In this document: positions 10,235 to 18,922 of the stretch, piece after piece
How the letters are laid out: each line of letters begins with the position of its first letter
Numbering within the stretch: position 1 is the stretch's first letter
Assembly (NCBI GenBank): GCA_963845535.1
Contig: CAWJSK010000019.1
Location: 1-64,000 of the forward strand
DNA from: an uncultured Spirochaetota bacterium
GTDB lineage: Bacteria > Spirochaetota > Spirochaetia > SZUA-6 > Fen-1364
Length of the DNA stretch: 64,000 nt
Direction: 5' to 3'
Notes under the pieces: model-generated
Databases searched by the model: none
The model's input: only the letters and a program-made list of their open reading frames with translations
What the model was told of the DNA's origin: nothing
Translations under genes and position numbers: made by a program

Positions 10235-10549
10235 TCAAGGAGTTTCGGGTTTTCCACCTTCTTGGGCAATAGCCGCCCGAACTGCCGCTTGGGGTGAGTC
10301 AACAGGCGGTTGATGCAAAAGAACCACATTTCCACTTCTCATCGAACCTTCGATTGCTTGGGACCACGCATAGCAGAGCCGGGCAGTCGGATGATCATGA
10401 AGCCAGAATACTTCAACTGTTCCTTCCCAAACTATTTTCCCTTCCTGCCTCTCAACTATAGGAACAGATCGAAGCCATAAGGACTCGCAACCATGCAACT
10501 CTCTTATTGCTTCCGAGAGTTTGTCTGCTCCGTTAGGTCTTTTTTTCAT
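10235..10549 (-). CDS. Conserved hypothetical protein
   Basis: VWEGTVEVF..HPTA..YAWS..LHQPPVDSPQAAVRAAI, a pattern I recall from unannotated bacterial proteins. Confidence 0.7.
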   Translation of the reverse strand: MKKRPNGADKLSEAIRELHGCESLWLRSVPIVERQEGKIVWEGTVEVFWLHDHPTARLCYAWSQAIEGSMRSGNVVLLHQPPVDSPQAAVRAAIAQEGGKPETP

Positions 10550-10574
10550 CTATGCAGTCTATCTTGCGGTTGGT

Positions 10575-10871
10575 TCATTGGAAGGTTTCCAACCATGTCT
10601 CTGCTCCGTGCGACATGGTTTCTGGGAATAGGTCAAAAATCGTATCGTGATACTTCTTCCTCAACTCTTCAACCTTGCCTTCGAGAAAGTCATATCTATC
10701 GACCAGATCACTGATTCGCCACGTAAAGGAGGTTGTCGTAGAGTGGTAGGAAAGATCGAGATGCCCTCCAAACTCAGTGGTAAGCTTCGTCAGGTCGCCG
10801 ACAAGTGCTGCGTTGTGCTTGGGAAAGCCTATGAGAGCCGGTGTTATGACTTGGAGACTTTGTTTGCTCAT
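10575..10871 (-). CDS. Unknown ~90-aa family paralogue P5 (most diverged)
   Basis: RBS GGAG; SLQVITP..EFGG..LEGKVEELRKKYHDTIFDL. Confidence 0.65.
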   Translation of the reverse strand: MSKQSLQVITPALIGFPKHNAALVGDLTKLTTEFGGHLDLSYHSTTTSFTWRISDLVDRYDFLEGKVEELRKKYHDTIFDLFPETMSHGAETWLETFQ

Positions 10872-11299
10872 ACGTTCTCCTACATCAGGCAAGCGTATGC
10901 CCTTGCCGAAGAGCAAGCAATAGCCGTTTGGGATAGGGAACTTACGCTAGAGATTCCAGAGGGTGTAGGAAGCTCACCAGACTGAGCACGAGATTCAGTC
11001 TCATCTGAACAAAGACTGATCCGGTGCCGTTTCTATAGGAGACGCATCCGGCTCCTCGGGCACCCCTTACTACGAAAAGGGTGCTAGACAAGTCGACACC
11101 CTTTTTCAGCGCTACCTTGGGCGAGCTACAGGAGGTCAGTAGATGCTTCTAGCTACAGCTTGTCGGGTAATTCGAGGGCCCGTTCTCTCGGTGTTCGGCG
11201 GGCCGCGGACCTATGCCGCGCTCTCTGAAGTGCTGCGGATGTTGTTGGCTTGCTCCGCTGGTGTGCTGTCGGACCGTTGAGCAGGCATTCCGTATTCCG

Positions 11300-12670
11300 T
11301 TATCCGCTCAGCCTCATCCCCGTGCGCCCCGCCAGTTCGCGGACCAGCTTGTTGGTATTGAATCCTAACACAGCGCGCTGCCCACAGGCCCCCATCATGG
11401 CCTCTGAGCGAGCCGCCGGGCGGTTGAACCCGTACCGGGAACTCTTGATGGTGCCGATTCCCGCTTCGATCTGTGCCCGCTCTCTGACCAGGCGGTCCCG
11501 CACCGGTTGGCTGACCGACCAGCGCGTGCGTCCGCGAGGGGCAAGTCCCACTTCCCTGACGCCCAACGTCTTTAAGCTGGAGACATTCTGAGTGCTGTAT
11601 CCACCCCGATCGTAGGCATATGCCAGCGGCGCTTTGCCAAAGAGCGCGAGGTGGTCCTTGACTGCTCGCACTGCGAACTTCGTGTCCACCAACTCGCGGC
11701 GATCCTTGGCCAACGTGGCCAGCAGGTACCCACCCGCCAATCGCCTGATGCCCCAGGTCAGCCCGAACTCCACCGATTTGCCTACTTTGCCGCGCACGAT
11801 ACTGTAGAGCTGCGGGATATGCAGGCTGATGATCTTGCCGCTGGCCACATAACCTGAGCGAATCCAGTAGCGGATCTGCGGCAGTAGTTTGCTCATCGTT
11901 TCGTGCAATTGCACCAGCTTGCTCTTGGCCACGATGGCGTACTTGCGTAGCTTTTTCCCTTGTGCAGCAGCTTCGCCCAGCGCCTTGCCCAAATGCGCGT
12001 TGAGCTTCTCGACGATGGTGAGCATCTGAGTCATCACCCGATCCTTGCTCTCCTTGGTCTTGGCAAACAGGCGGTACTCTCGAGCTTTCTGCCCGGCCGC
12101 CTGGAATTGACTCGCCGTCTGTTGCAAAAACCCCTTCAGCCCTCGGCCAACCTTCCGCCCTGCGGCAGCCGCCGAGCGCAGGAAGGCGGACATAAGTCCC
12201 ATCTCGTTGGGATAGGGGATCGCCGCTTCCTGCGCTGTGGTGTCGGCCACCAGGGTCCTGGGATCTGCCAGCTTTTGCTTCACCGCCAGTTGCACCACGT
12301 ACTGATTGATGAGATTGATCCCCTGCTCTCCCATCAATTCGGTGAAGTCTTGGATCGTGGTGAAGTCCGGCGTCCAGCTCGTCTCGGTCAGCCCGCACAG
12401 GTAACGCGCCGGGGCGTAGTATTGGATGAGGTCTTCCGCCTCCCGATAGGTGAGCTTGCGCGTAGCCATGAACACCATAGCCCCCAGGGTGGCGCGCAAA
12501 TGCGGCGGCTGGCCTGCAGCGTTCTTCAACTTTGCCAGACGGATCTGTTGGGCGCGCTGTTGCAGCTCCTCCCAATCGAGGGTGTCGGCGATGTGGACGA
12601 GGCGATGGTTTTTGGCCACAGGGATGGTTGGACTCTTGGATCTGGGCAATAGATCGGGCTGACGCGGCAT
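11300..12670 (-). CDS. IS5-family DDE transposase
   Basis: PDFTTIQDF, ADTTAQEAAIPYP, RGKVGKSVEFG, YDRGG, RAQIEAGIG. Confidence 0.85.
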   Translation of the reverse strand: MPRQPDLLPRSKSPTIPVAKNHRLVHIADTLDWEELQQRAQQIRLAKLKNAAGQPPHLRATLGAMVFMATRKLTYREAEDLIQYYAPARYLCGLTETSWTPDFTTIQDFTELMGEQGINLINQYVVQLAVKQKLADPRTLVADTTAQEAAIPYPNEMGLMSAFLRSAAAAGRKVGRGLKGFLQQTASQFQAAGQKAREYRLFAKTKESKDRVMTQMLTIVEKLNAHLGKALGEAAAQGKKLRKYAIVAKSKLVQLHETMSKLLPQIRYWIRSGYVASGKIISLHIPQLYSIVRGKVGKSVEFGLTWGIRRLAGGYLLATLAKDRRELVDTKFAVRAVKDHLALFGKAPLAYAYDRGGYSTQNVSSLKTLGVREVGLAPRGRTRWSVSQPVRDRLVRERAQIEAGIGTIKSSRYGFNRPAARSEAMMGACGQRAVLGFNTNKLVRELAGRTGMRLSG

Positions 12671-12854
12671 AGGGGGGAACCTCCGGTGAAGTGGTTGGGA
12701 TAACGCAAGGGCGTGTACTGAAGCCGCCGAGCACAAGGAGCAGACACAGGGCCGAAGAGAGGATCGGGAGGCAGAGAGGAACCGGGAGGACATTGACGGG
12801 AGACATGTCCCCAGTAGTATAACTGGGGACTAATCTCTGTCAATATACATCGCC

Positions 12855-13241
12855 ATGAAAACCGCACTTCCATCAGACTACGGGCAGCTTCAACTCGCCC
12901 TGAGCCACATCGGCTTCTTCCGCCGCGGCACCCTGCTCAAGCGCATGATGACCTGCGGCAAGCCCGTCTGCGCCTGCAAAGCTTCACCCCCCCGTTTGCA
13001 CGGTCCGTATTACCAGTGGACCCGCAAAGTCGACGGCAGGACCGTCACGGTTAATCTGTCAGCTCAACAAGCCAAGTTGCTAGAAGGGTGGATCGCTGCC
13101 GGCAAGGAACTTGATCGCATCGTCGCCGAAATGGAGCGCATTTCGCTGGAGGCAACCGAGCGTCAGCTGCAAGAGTTGCCGCCACCAACGCGCAAGGTGC
13201 CGGTCAGGCGTCGCCGTGCCCAGCAGAGTGCAGCAGGATAG
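12855..13241 (+). CDS. DUF6788-like IS-associated protein
   Basis: RGTL..CGKPVCAC..LHGPYYQWTRKVDGRTVT signature. Confidence 0.75.
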   Translation: MKTALPSDYGQLQLALSHIGFFRRGTLLKRMMTCGKPVCACKASPPRLHGPYYQWTRKVDGRTVTVNLSAQQAKLLEGWIAAGKELDRIVAEMERISLEATERQLQELPPPTRKVPVRRRRAQQSAAG

Positions 13242-13400
13242 CAATTACCCGACAAGCTGTAGCTAACTTGAGACGTGCCTGGACTCAAAGCATTGTCCGG
13301 ACCCACCAGTGGCCAATAAGGGGCATTTTGATAGAGGGCGCGGCTCTCGCTCCCGAGACGGTCAACGAAAGACGGTTGAGTGAGACGTTTCCAGAAGATC

Positions 13401-13428
13401 GAACTTCGTATCAAATGATACGAGGTTA
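13401..13428. other. 28-bp dyad, candidate tyrosine-recombinase site or operator
   Basis: GAACTTCGTAT-CAAATG-ATACGAGGTTA (11-6-11). Confidence 0.45.
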
Positions 13429-13503
13429 AAGAGTAGCCTCCGGCCTCAGGATCGTGGTCGTCACTGCTCCTAAAAGTTCTGACTTTTGACCCAAAATAAG
13501 TTA

Positions 13504-14969
13504 GGCTCTTCCGGAATTCATGTGGACGAGAAAGCGGAGTTTGTCAGTCTCCTGGGCGTGAGGTTGAGCCCGCCGAGATGAAAGAGGATAGCCATTCGGA
13601 AGCGTTCCCGATTGCGAAACCCGCAGGCCATTTTCTTCACCCACTGAATGCGAGCGTTCTTTGCCTCTAGCATCGCGTTAGAGACTCTGGCGGCGATCGC
13701 GTTGAGCACACCCCAAAGGTACCTTCGCAGCATCCTGCCGACTTTCTTCACGGCCTCCAGACGGCAGCGGGAGATCCAACCGAGGAGACTCTTCCAGGCC
13801 TTCTGTGCTGAACCACGGTAGCTGTAGTCCCACAGCTGCGCCGCTGTCTCCTTGATCCTCCAGGCGCGGGCCGTCTTGAGGTTCAGACGGGATAACGCCA
13901 TGAAATCACGACGGGACCGATTGTCCAGCCGCGAAGCGTTCTTCTGCCACTCATACTTGGTTCGGGTCAACGGGCTTGAGCCCTGAGTGGCCACCAGCCC
14001 TCGGTGCTCCTGGGCACGCACCTTGTCCAGAGCCGTGCCAAAATGCTGGGCCACATGGAAACGATCGAAGCAGATCTTCGCATCGGCATCGGGAATGCAG
14101 TTCTTCACCGCCAGAATGAACGGATCCCACATGTCCATGGTCAGCGTCCTCAGCGAGCTCAGATGATGAGGGGGCCGACTGCGAAGCCACTGCTCCAGCG
14201 TCTCCGCTTTGCGATCATCAAGCACCTCCAGCACGACATCCGTCTTCCGATCCAAGATCACCGTCACGTATTCGTGCCGCTTTTGGAAAGAGGTCTCGTC
14301 AATCCCGATGTGCTCCAGCGGCCGCTTCTTTCGTCGGGCCAGCCCCCGCGTGACCGCTCGCTGTTGAATGCCGGCCGCCTCATCCCAACTCAGCCCCAGC
14401 ATCCCGGCAACCGCTGAGATCGACGCCTCTTTCAACCAATTGATCACCAGCGCTTCAAAGAGAGCCGTGAACCTCGCGTTGTCTTCGGCCCAGGCTACCG
14501 GTAGCTGCTTCACCCCGTGTTGCTCACACTTCGCGCGCGGTACCTCGCACTCGATGAACGTCTTCAATTGCATCGTATCCAGATGTCGCCACCGCCGCCG
14601 CTGGTGGTCATAGATGGTCGCCTGCCCTCCACAAGTCGGGCAGGCCACGGGGATAGAACGGTCGTAGCCAACCACTACGGTGACGGCTCGCTGCTTCAGA
14701 TCGAGGCCAACTTCCTGCACCTCCCAGGGGGAGGTCACGCCCAGCATCCTTCTGTAGAGTTCGATGTCTTGCATCCGGATAGACTACCAGGACGCTCGGC
14801 TCGAGGCGAGCGTCCATCCGGGGCCGTCATCCGCCGAATGACAGTTGACCACAAGCTCTCACGTCCGCCGGTTCCTCACGACCCGCTTCTCGCGTAGCGT
14901 GTGGACAACAGTCATTCGCCCCGGTACCTCCGGTCACCAAATCCCACCCACACGGAAGCCGGAAGCGCT
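13504..14969 (-). mobile_element. ISL3 family element, transposase 13518-14774
   Basis: CPTC, RRWRHLD, IGIDETS, TMDMW, FDRFHV, GFRN; GGCTCTT end; 8-bp TSD ATAAGTTA. Confidence 0.93.
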
Positions 14970-14986
14970 ATAAGTTATGATAAGGT

Positions 14987-15979
14987 ATGTTACCGGGATT
15001 GAAAGGAAAACTCGTGCCGAATCTGCCAGCTCTAGCCAAAAGACCAAACAAGAGAGTCCCCAATCCGGCGAAGGTCTATCTCTCCGCCCTGGCAAAGTCC
15101 GGACGCCGGGCTGTGGATGCTCAGTTACGTGGAGTTGCCAAGGCGCTCGGCGCTACCTCAATAGATTCCGTTCCTTGGCACCAACTCAAACACGAATATG
15201 TCGTCGCCCTCAAAACGAAGGCGCTTAAAGATGGCAAAAGTCCTGCGACTGTGAACCTGATGTTGTCGGGCATTCGGGGAGTGATGCGCTCTGCATGGAA
15301 CATGGGGATGATCTCAGCCGAGGACTTGGCTCGGATAGAAGCGGTCAAAAGCGTGAAGTCGCTCACGGAACCAAAGGGCAGAAGGATCACCAGCGGAGAG
15401 CTTGGGGCAATCATGTCTGCTATCCACACCGAGACGGATTCGGGAAAGCGGGATGCAGGGATCGTTGCCCTTGCTTACTGTGGAGGGCTTCGCAGACAGG
15501 AGCTTGCGAACCTTCGGGTGGATGATGTGAACGGCAAGGACGATGAGTTTGAAATAACGATCAAGCGGGGGAAGGGAAGGAAGGACAGAGTTCTATTTCT
15601 GAACAACGGCGGGGCTGATGCTTTGCGAGACTATCTGTCTGTCAGAGGAAGCTCACCAGGGCATTTGTTCTGGTCGTCTCGAAAGGGAGGCAACCTGATC
15701 CCGGATTCCAAGATGACAGATCAGTCAGTCTACGGACGGATCAAATGGTGTGCAAAGAAAGCAGGAGTAAAGGCACTCACGCCCCACGACATGCGGCGTT
15801 CTTTCGTGAGCGACATGCTGGATGCGGGGGTGGACATTTCAACGGTCGCGGCAATGGCAGGGCATAGCAGCGTGGCTACAACTCAGCGATACGACCGCAG
15901 AGGCGATGAGGCGAAGAAACGAGCGGCGAAGGCTTTGCATTTGCCTTACCAAACCAAATCTACAAAAGGAACACCTTGA
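14987..15979 (+). CDS. Tyrosine recombinase (not IntI)
   Basis: GLRRQE, KGRK, HDMRR, AGH, TTQRY catalytic residues; no IntI-specific insertion. Confidence 0.92.
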   Translation: MLPGLKGKLVPNLPALAKRPNKRVPNPAKVYLSALAKSGRRAVDAQLRGVAKALGATSIDSVPWHQLKHEYVVALKTKALKDGKSPATVNLMLSGIRGVMRSAWNMGMISAEDLARIEAVKSVKSLTEPKGRRITSGELGAIMSAIHTETDSGKRDAGIVALAYCGGLRRQELANLRVDDVNGKDDEFEITIKRGKGRKDRVLFLNNGGADALRDYLSVRGSSPGHLFWSSRKGGNLIPDSKMTDQSVYGRIKWCAKKAGVKALTPHDMRRSFVSDMLDAGVDISTVAAMAGHSSVATTQRYDRRGDEAKKRAAKALHLPYQTKSTKGTP

Positions 15980-15994
15980 GGAAGCAGGAGGTTT

Positions 15995-16507
15995 CTACTT
16001 CCTGCTTGGGTTATAAGGAATCTTTTCAAAGTACTTTTCCTGAATCTCTAAAATATCGTTGGCATTCTTTTCTCTGATTGATTGCAGTAGCTTCTTGATC
16101 CTAGGGATGAGAGGAACAAACTCGCTCGCCCGTAACCCCTGAAATCCCATGCCATAGCGGAAACCGTCAGTTGTCTTGAACCGTGCGACTTTAGGTCGTC
16201 TCGCTGTTATGTCCGTGTGGGCAAAAACCTGATGCCGAAAGAACAACATCTTTTCGTGAAGGTCTCTGTATTCTTTTGGAACAAACGTTCTATTGCGAAA
16301 ATACGACTGGTGGACTCCTTTGCACTTGCAAAAAGGCCGCATGTAAGAAACAACCGCATCCATGATGAGCGAATGGCGGATGAACTCGTCTGTGCTATTA
16401 TTGACATGATCAAGCGCAAAATCTGCATGTTCCCAATCCTGGTCAGCGAGACGGTAGAATGCCCAACGCTCTTCCGCCTTCTCGTCAGGTGTCGCCTTCT
16501 TTTGCAT
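15995..16507 (-). CDS. Hypothetical protein, possible HEPN domain
   Basis: Predicted helical; SYMRPF and RHQVFAH (Rx4-6H) motifs. Confidence 0.55.
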   Translation of the reverse strand: MQKKATPDEKAEERWAFYRLADQDWEHADFALDHVNNSTDEFIRHSLIMDAVVSYMRPFCKCKGVHQSYFRNRTFVPKEYRDLHEKMLFFRHQVFAHTDITARRPKVARFKTTDGFRYGMGFQGLRASEFVPLIPRIKKLLQSIREKNANDILEIQEKYFEKIPYNPSRK

Positions 16508-16599
16508 GTTTTAAGAGTAACCCACAGAATGATCTATTCGCTACAAAGCTTTTCGCATTTGTGATAGACTTTCGCCCTCTTATTAGAGCGAGGACTAAT

Positions 16600-17415
16600 A
16601 TGCCCAAACAAATCGTTGGTAGCGTCTATTGGATCGAAAACAATCGGCAAACCAGCAGAGTTGTCGATGTAAGTGAAGCCTTTGGCGATCCTGCCCAGGC
16701 TGTAGCACAAATCCAATATGCAGAGAGTTCAGGTGACAAAAAGCAACTAATACTTGCTCGTTTGGCATTTACACAGTTCCTCGGGAAAGGGTATCGAGGG
16801 GAAAGCAAATCTGCGCCAAGGGCTACAGGGGAAGTGGATCAGGAAAGAATTTCAAAGCCCTCAAGGAAAAAACTTTCAACAGCAAAGTCGTCAACGGAAC
16901 CAGTGGCAAGCAAGGTAGCGACAGAAGCTGCGAAGGCCGCTACCAAGCCTCCAAGAACTGAGCCTTCAAAAGGGGAGTCACCTGAAAAGGCTACGAGAAA
17001 AAGGGTAGCAAGAAAAGCACCAAAGGTCGCCTCCCAGTCCCCAAGAAGTGAACCTTCAAAAGCAAAGCCATCGAAGGTAGCGAGAAGGAAGGTAGCGAGA
17101 AAAGCTGCAAAGGTCGCGTTCAAGTCCTCAAGAAGCAAGCCTTCAAAGGCAAAGCCATCGAAGAAGCCGGTCGTAAAGAAGGTAGGGAGAAAAGTTCCAG
17201 AGGTCGCTTCCAAGTCGCCAACAAGTAAGCCTCCAAAGGCGAAGTCAGCGAAGAAGCCAGTAGTAAGGAAGGTAGGGAGAAAAGTCTCCAAGGTTGCTTC
17301 CAAGCTCTCAAGAAAAATGCCTTCAAAAGCAAAGCCTTCCAAGAAGCCAGCGGGAAAGAAGGCAGCGAGAAAGGTTTCTACGAGGAAGGCAACCAAAGGC
17401 GCGTCAAACAAATAG
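16600..17415 (+). CDS. Histone H1-like protein: ~65-aa head domain plus Lys/Ala/Ser/Pro-rich repeat tail
   Basis: RBS GAGGA; tail built from KVASKSPxSKPSKAKPSKKPVVKKVGRK-type units. Confidence 0.75.
   Translation: MPKQIVGSVYWIENNRQTSRVVDVSEAFGDPAQAVAQIQYAESSGDKKQLILARLAFTQFLGKGYRGESKSAPRATGEVDQERISKPSRKKLSTAKSSTEPVASKVATEAAKAATKPPRTEPSKGESPEKATRKRVARKAPKVASQSPRSEPSKAKPSKVARRKVARKAAKVAFKSSRSKPSKAKPSKKPVVKKVGRKVPEVASKSPTSKPPKAKSAKKPVVRKVGRKVSKVASKLSRKMPSKAKPSKKPAGKKAARKVSTRKATKGASNK
16845..17385 (+). repeat. About six imperfect 87-90 bp (29-30 aa) tandem repeats
   Basis: Recurring AAGGTCGC, CCTTCAAA(A/G)GCAAAGCC and AAGGTAG(C/G)GAGAAAAG blocks. Confidence 0.85.
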
Positions 17416-17477
17416 ATATTACTTGGCTGCGTGTGGTGAAGGGAAAGCGAATACGCCAACCCCATATCGGGCGTCTT

Positions 17478-18323
17478 ATGAAAAGATCAAAATCCCGCAC
17501 GACAGCAAAAGGAACCGCCGCTCTTCGGGCAATCGAATCAGAACGATCCCCTGAGGTGAGGATTTGCTACGATCCTTTTGCGCGTAAGTTCATAAGTACT
17601 CCATTTTATCTCATGGTCAAATGGTCCGTTGCGTACACTGAGCGAGTTGCCCTGGGAGCGAGAGGATTCGTTGTTTGCCGGTCTCGGTATATCGATGATT
17701 CCGTGAGCCAATCCATCGAAAACGGAATGAGACAGATGGTGATCCTGGGGGCAGGATTGGATTCAAGGGCCTACAGGGACGAGATGCTCAAAACAAAGGC
17801 AAGCGTTTTTGAAGTAGACCATCCAGCGTCTCAAGCCTATAAGATTGCGCTTGTAAAGCGTATCATAGGAGACCCACTCAAAACCGTCTCCTATGTCCCT
17901 GTCGATTTCGACCACGAGACTCTGGACAAATTGATTTCGCATGGCTTTGACAAATCAGTAAAGACTCTCTTTGTTTGGGAGGGAGTCACTTACTATCTTA
18001 CTGCTGAGGCAGTTGATGCCACCCTTGGCTGGATAAGAACACATACATCTAGCGCCGTTATCTTTGACTATTTGTACAAGTCGAGTTTAACTGGCATGGA
18101 CAAGGGCGGAGATTTCGAGGGGATGCAGCGCTATCATCGTCGTATAAGTGAGGGACTGACGTTTGGAATCGAGAGAGGGGCAATCCAAACTTTCCTATTA
18201 CAAAGAGGTTTCACCAACGTGGTAGAGACCGATAGCAGCCAGTTGAAACGTTTGTACTGCACAGGCGTCAATCAAGGACGAGACGTTGCAGACATATACT
18301 CGATAGTCGTCAGCGAGATTTAG
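17478..18323 (+). CDS. SAM-dependent methyltransferase (leucine carboxyl methyltransferase / TIGR00027-like)
   Basis: TAALRA, DPFA, QMVILGAGLDSRAYR, FEVDHP, VWEGVTYYL. Confidence 0.9.
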   Translation: MKRSKSRTTAKGTAALRAIESERSPEVRICYDPFARKFISTPFYLMVKWSVAYTERVALGARGFVVCRSRYIDDSVSQSIENGMRQMVILGAGLDSRAYRDEMLKTKASVFEVDHPASQAYKIALVKRIIGDPLKTVSYVPVDFDHETLDKLISHGFDKSVKTLFVWEGVTYYLTAEAVDATLGWIRTHTSSAVIFDYLYKSSLTGMDKGGDFEGMQRYHRRISEGLTFGIERGAIQTFLLQRGFTNVVETDSSQLKRLYCTGVNQGRDVADIYSIVVSEI

Positions 18324-18417
18324 TCCACAAAACGAGGCTTTGCCGTTTGACCTAAAGCGGTTGTGTGACATATCCTTTAGGTAGGAACTCATTTTTGTTC
18401 CCAGGAGGATTTCTGTA

Positions 18418-18621
18418 ATGACCAAGATCGGTGGTTCGGTTCTTTGGATCGAAAGAGGAAAACAAACAGAGAAGGTCGTAGAGGCTGAACGAGCTTTCTC
18501 GGACGAAGATCAGGCCAAGGCTCAAGTGCTCTTCTTCGAGACGAAAGGGAGCACAGCCGAGAAGAGACTCGCCCGGCTTGCGTATCGACAGTGGCAAGGA
18601 AAACGATTCAGGCAGAACTGA
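18418..18621 (+). CDS. 67-aa protein, stand-alone paralogue of the H1-like head domain
   Basis: RBS AGGAGG; 29/64 identities by ungapped hand alignment with the N-terminus of 16600-17415. Confidence 0.8.
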   Translation: MTKIGGSVLWIERGKQTEKVVEAERAFSDEDQAKAQVLFFETKGSTAEKRLARLAYRQWQGKRFRQN

Positions 18622-18640
18622 AAAGAGTTTCAACGCAATA

Positions 18641-18672
18641 AAGGAGAGGCGGTTTGCCTCCCCTTTTTTTTC
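18641..18672 (+). terminator. Rho-independent terminator
   Basis: AAGGAGAGGC-GGTTT-GCCTCCCCTT followed by a T run. Confidence 0.7.
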
Positions 18673-18694
18673 ACACAGCGACTTACCAAAGAAT

Positions 18695-18862
18695 CTATCT
18701 TGATTCGTTGCCCACTGCTGTAAACAGCTTGCTAACTTGCTTCTTTAGCTTTGCGATTTGCACAAACTGAATCGCTTGAGCAATCACGATGAGGATAAGC
18801 AGGGTCGCTACTATGATGAAGAACGGGGATAGATGATAGACGACAAACAGAGTGTCGTGCAT
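18695..18862 (-). CDS. 55-aa single-TM small protein (below the ORF-track cutoff)
   Basis: RBS AAAGGAGG; hydrophobic FFIIVATLLILIVIAQAI followed by basic KLKK. Confidence 0.6.
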   Translation of the reverse strand: MHDTLFVVYHLSPFFIIVATLLILIVIAQAIQFVQIAKLKKQVSKLFTAVGNESR

Positions 18863-18922
18863 TTCTGATTCCTCCTTTCATGTGGTAGACTGCTGGCACA
18901 ATAAAAGCGAGTCGGAGCCAAA

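Larger units (their letters stand above)
11156..13259. mobile_element. IS5-like element carrying a divergent accessory gene
   Basis: Perfect IR CAGCTTGTCGGGTAATT at both ends, flanked by TAGCTA on each side. Confidence 0.85.

Noticed and set aside
10985..11110. Hairpin-rich stretch upstream of P5 as a riboswitch
   Set aside because: Alternative hairpins exist but match no aptamer consensus I know; an Rfam scan would be needed
14987..15979. Tyrosine recombinase as the integron integrase for the attC sites
   Set aside because: It lacks the IntI-specific insertion and IntI-like N-terminus, lies 12 kb away, and no attI was recognised
16839..17465. 208-aa hydrophobic minus-strand ORF
   Set aside because: Antisense mirror of the Lys-rich repeat gene
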